Of a stretch of DNA of 64,000 nucleotides, positions 62,929 through 64,000 are shown piece by piece. The first letter of the stretch is position 1. The number at the start of each line of letters is the position of its first letter. The notes below the pieces were generated by a model, which was not told the DNA's origin, ran no database searches, and worked only from the letters and a program-made list of their open reading frames with translations. The translations under genes were made by a program, and so were the position numbers. Source of the stretch: Lama guanicoe. Its lineage: Eukaryota. The stretch spans positions 1,567,236 through 1,631,235 of the forward strand of contig MU053472.1 in assembly GCA_013239625.1 (NCBI GenBank), read 5' to 3'.

Positions 62929-64000
62929 ACTTTGTGGTCTTAATTGTTTTCTAGGGAGATGGTTCGATTACGTGGGCTACAAGGCACTTTTCTTCCAATG
63001 TAAATTTTTGGAAGTAGGCAAAAATTTTCCGTGTACTCAACCATTATACCAGGTATGGGGTAAGGATACAGAAACGTGAAAACCTAATTCCTTGTCCCAA
63101 AGACTCAAGGATGTTGCTGAAAACAAAAACATAGCACAGAGAAAATGATTGTGAAATAATGATGTGTAATAGGAATTCAGAGAAAGCAGAGATCAGTGTG
63201 CATGGATTAATGGGAGAAGGCCTCATGAGGAAGGCACAGCGTATGCTGGATCTAAAGGAGTGGACAGTTTGGCAGTACATGTAGAAGAGTAGGGACTTAG
63301 ATTGTAAAGCTTCAGCAGTAGAACAGAAAGTGGTATAAATAGGAAAGATGGAGGATTGTGACTTGGAACTCAGGTCATCTGCAAAACAGGTAACAACAAC
63401 CACTTCAGTGCTCTGGAACTCAACCAGAACCTTCCAACAGTGTGAAAAGTTTCTATGTTTGAGAAACTGGTAAATATTAAGCAGTGACAATGGGAATTTG
63501 TGGCATTCATGCCTGGGGCTCTCCCATCACACTGCACCCTTTCTCCTTCCAGCTTGGTTTCTTCTTCCAGAGTGCCCAGGGCATTGTCCATGGAAGTTAT
63601 GGTCTTGGGGGCATATGAGTTGTGAGGGCCAGTGGCTCTTTTACCTAAAGTCACGGTTAGCTGAGGAGCCATGAAAGCATCCAGGGGAAGCTAAAATCTG
63701 GTGGCTGAAAATATTCTGCCTGTTGAATGGGCTCCCCTGCCCACACACAGATCCTTTTGGAGAGAATGACAACCTTTATTAACTCAGGGTGTTTGAGCAT
63801 ATCTCTTTCGAATCGTTGACTAAAAACTAAGCTATAAAGACACAGGGGGCAACCCCCAGGAAATCAGGCTTTAAAATGAAAAGAAGACTTAAAGAAGAGT
63901 AGAGGCATTAGTAATTGCACATTGTGGAGGAAGATGGATTTCCAGAATAATACCATATTATGTAACACATCTAGCTTTCAACAGAAAATTATGACACATG

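Noticed and set aside
63044..63672. 148-aa and 100-aa minus-strand ORFs, and the other 60-150 aa ORFs in the track
   Set aside because: No recognisable domain, often non-ATG starts, and overlap with decayed repeats; consistent with random ORFs

Overview
Mammalian genomic DNA, most likely a camelid judging by nine copies of a tRNA-derived SINE resembling Vic-1. The whole window lies inside the BCAS3 gene (+ strand). Four coding exons (76, 107, 82 and 73 nt; exons 4-7 in human numbering as I recall it) have canonical AG/GT sites and join in frame. The introns are mostly L1, L2, MIR, SINE, MER20, LTR and microsatellite sequence. Two processed pseudogenes are present: a heavily decayed HMGB1 copy (3-400) and a full-length, TSD-flanked cyclin I (CCNI) retrocopy (29196-32014). 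The CCNI copy is the most interesting object. Its 5' CpG island is intact while CpGs in its coding part have decayed, frameshifts have fused an upstream ATG to the cyclin box (204-aa ORF), and it places a plausible splice acceptor and a poly(A) signal in sense inside a BCAS3 intron. I found no convincing new gene family or prokaryote-type system. Comparisons with human BCAS3, CCNI, HMGB1 and repeat consensus sequences are from memory, not alignments, and repeat boundaries are approximate unless a TSD is quoted.
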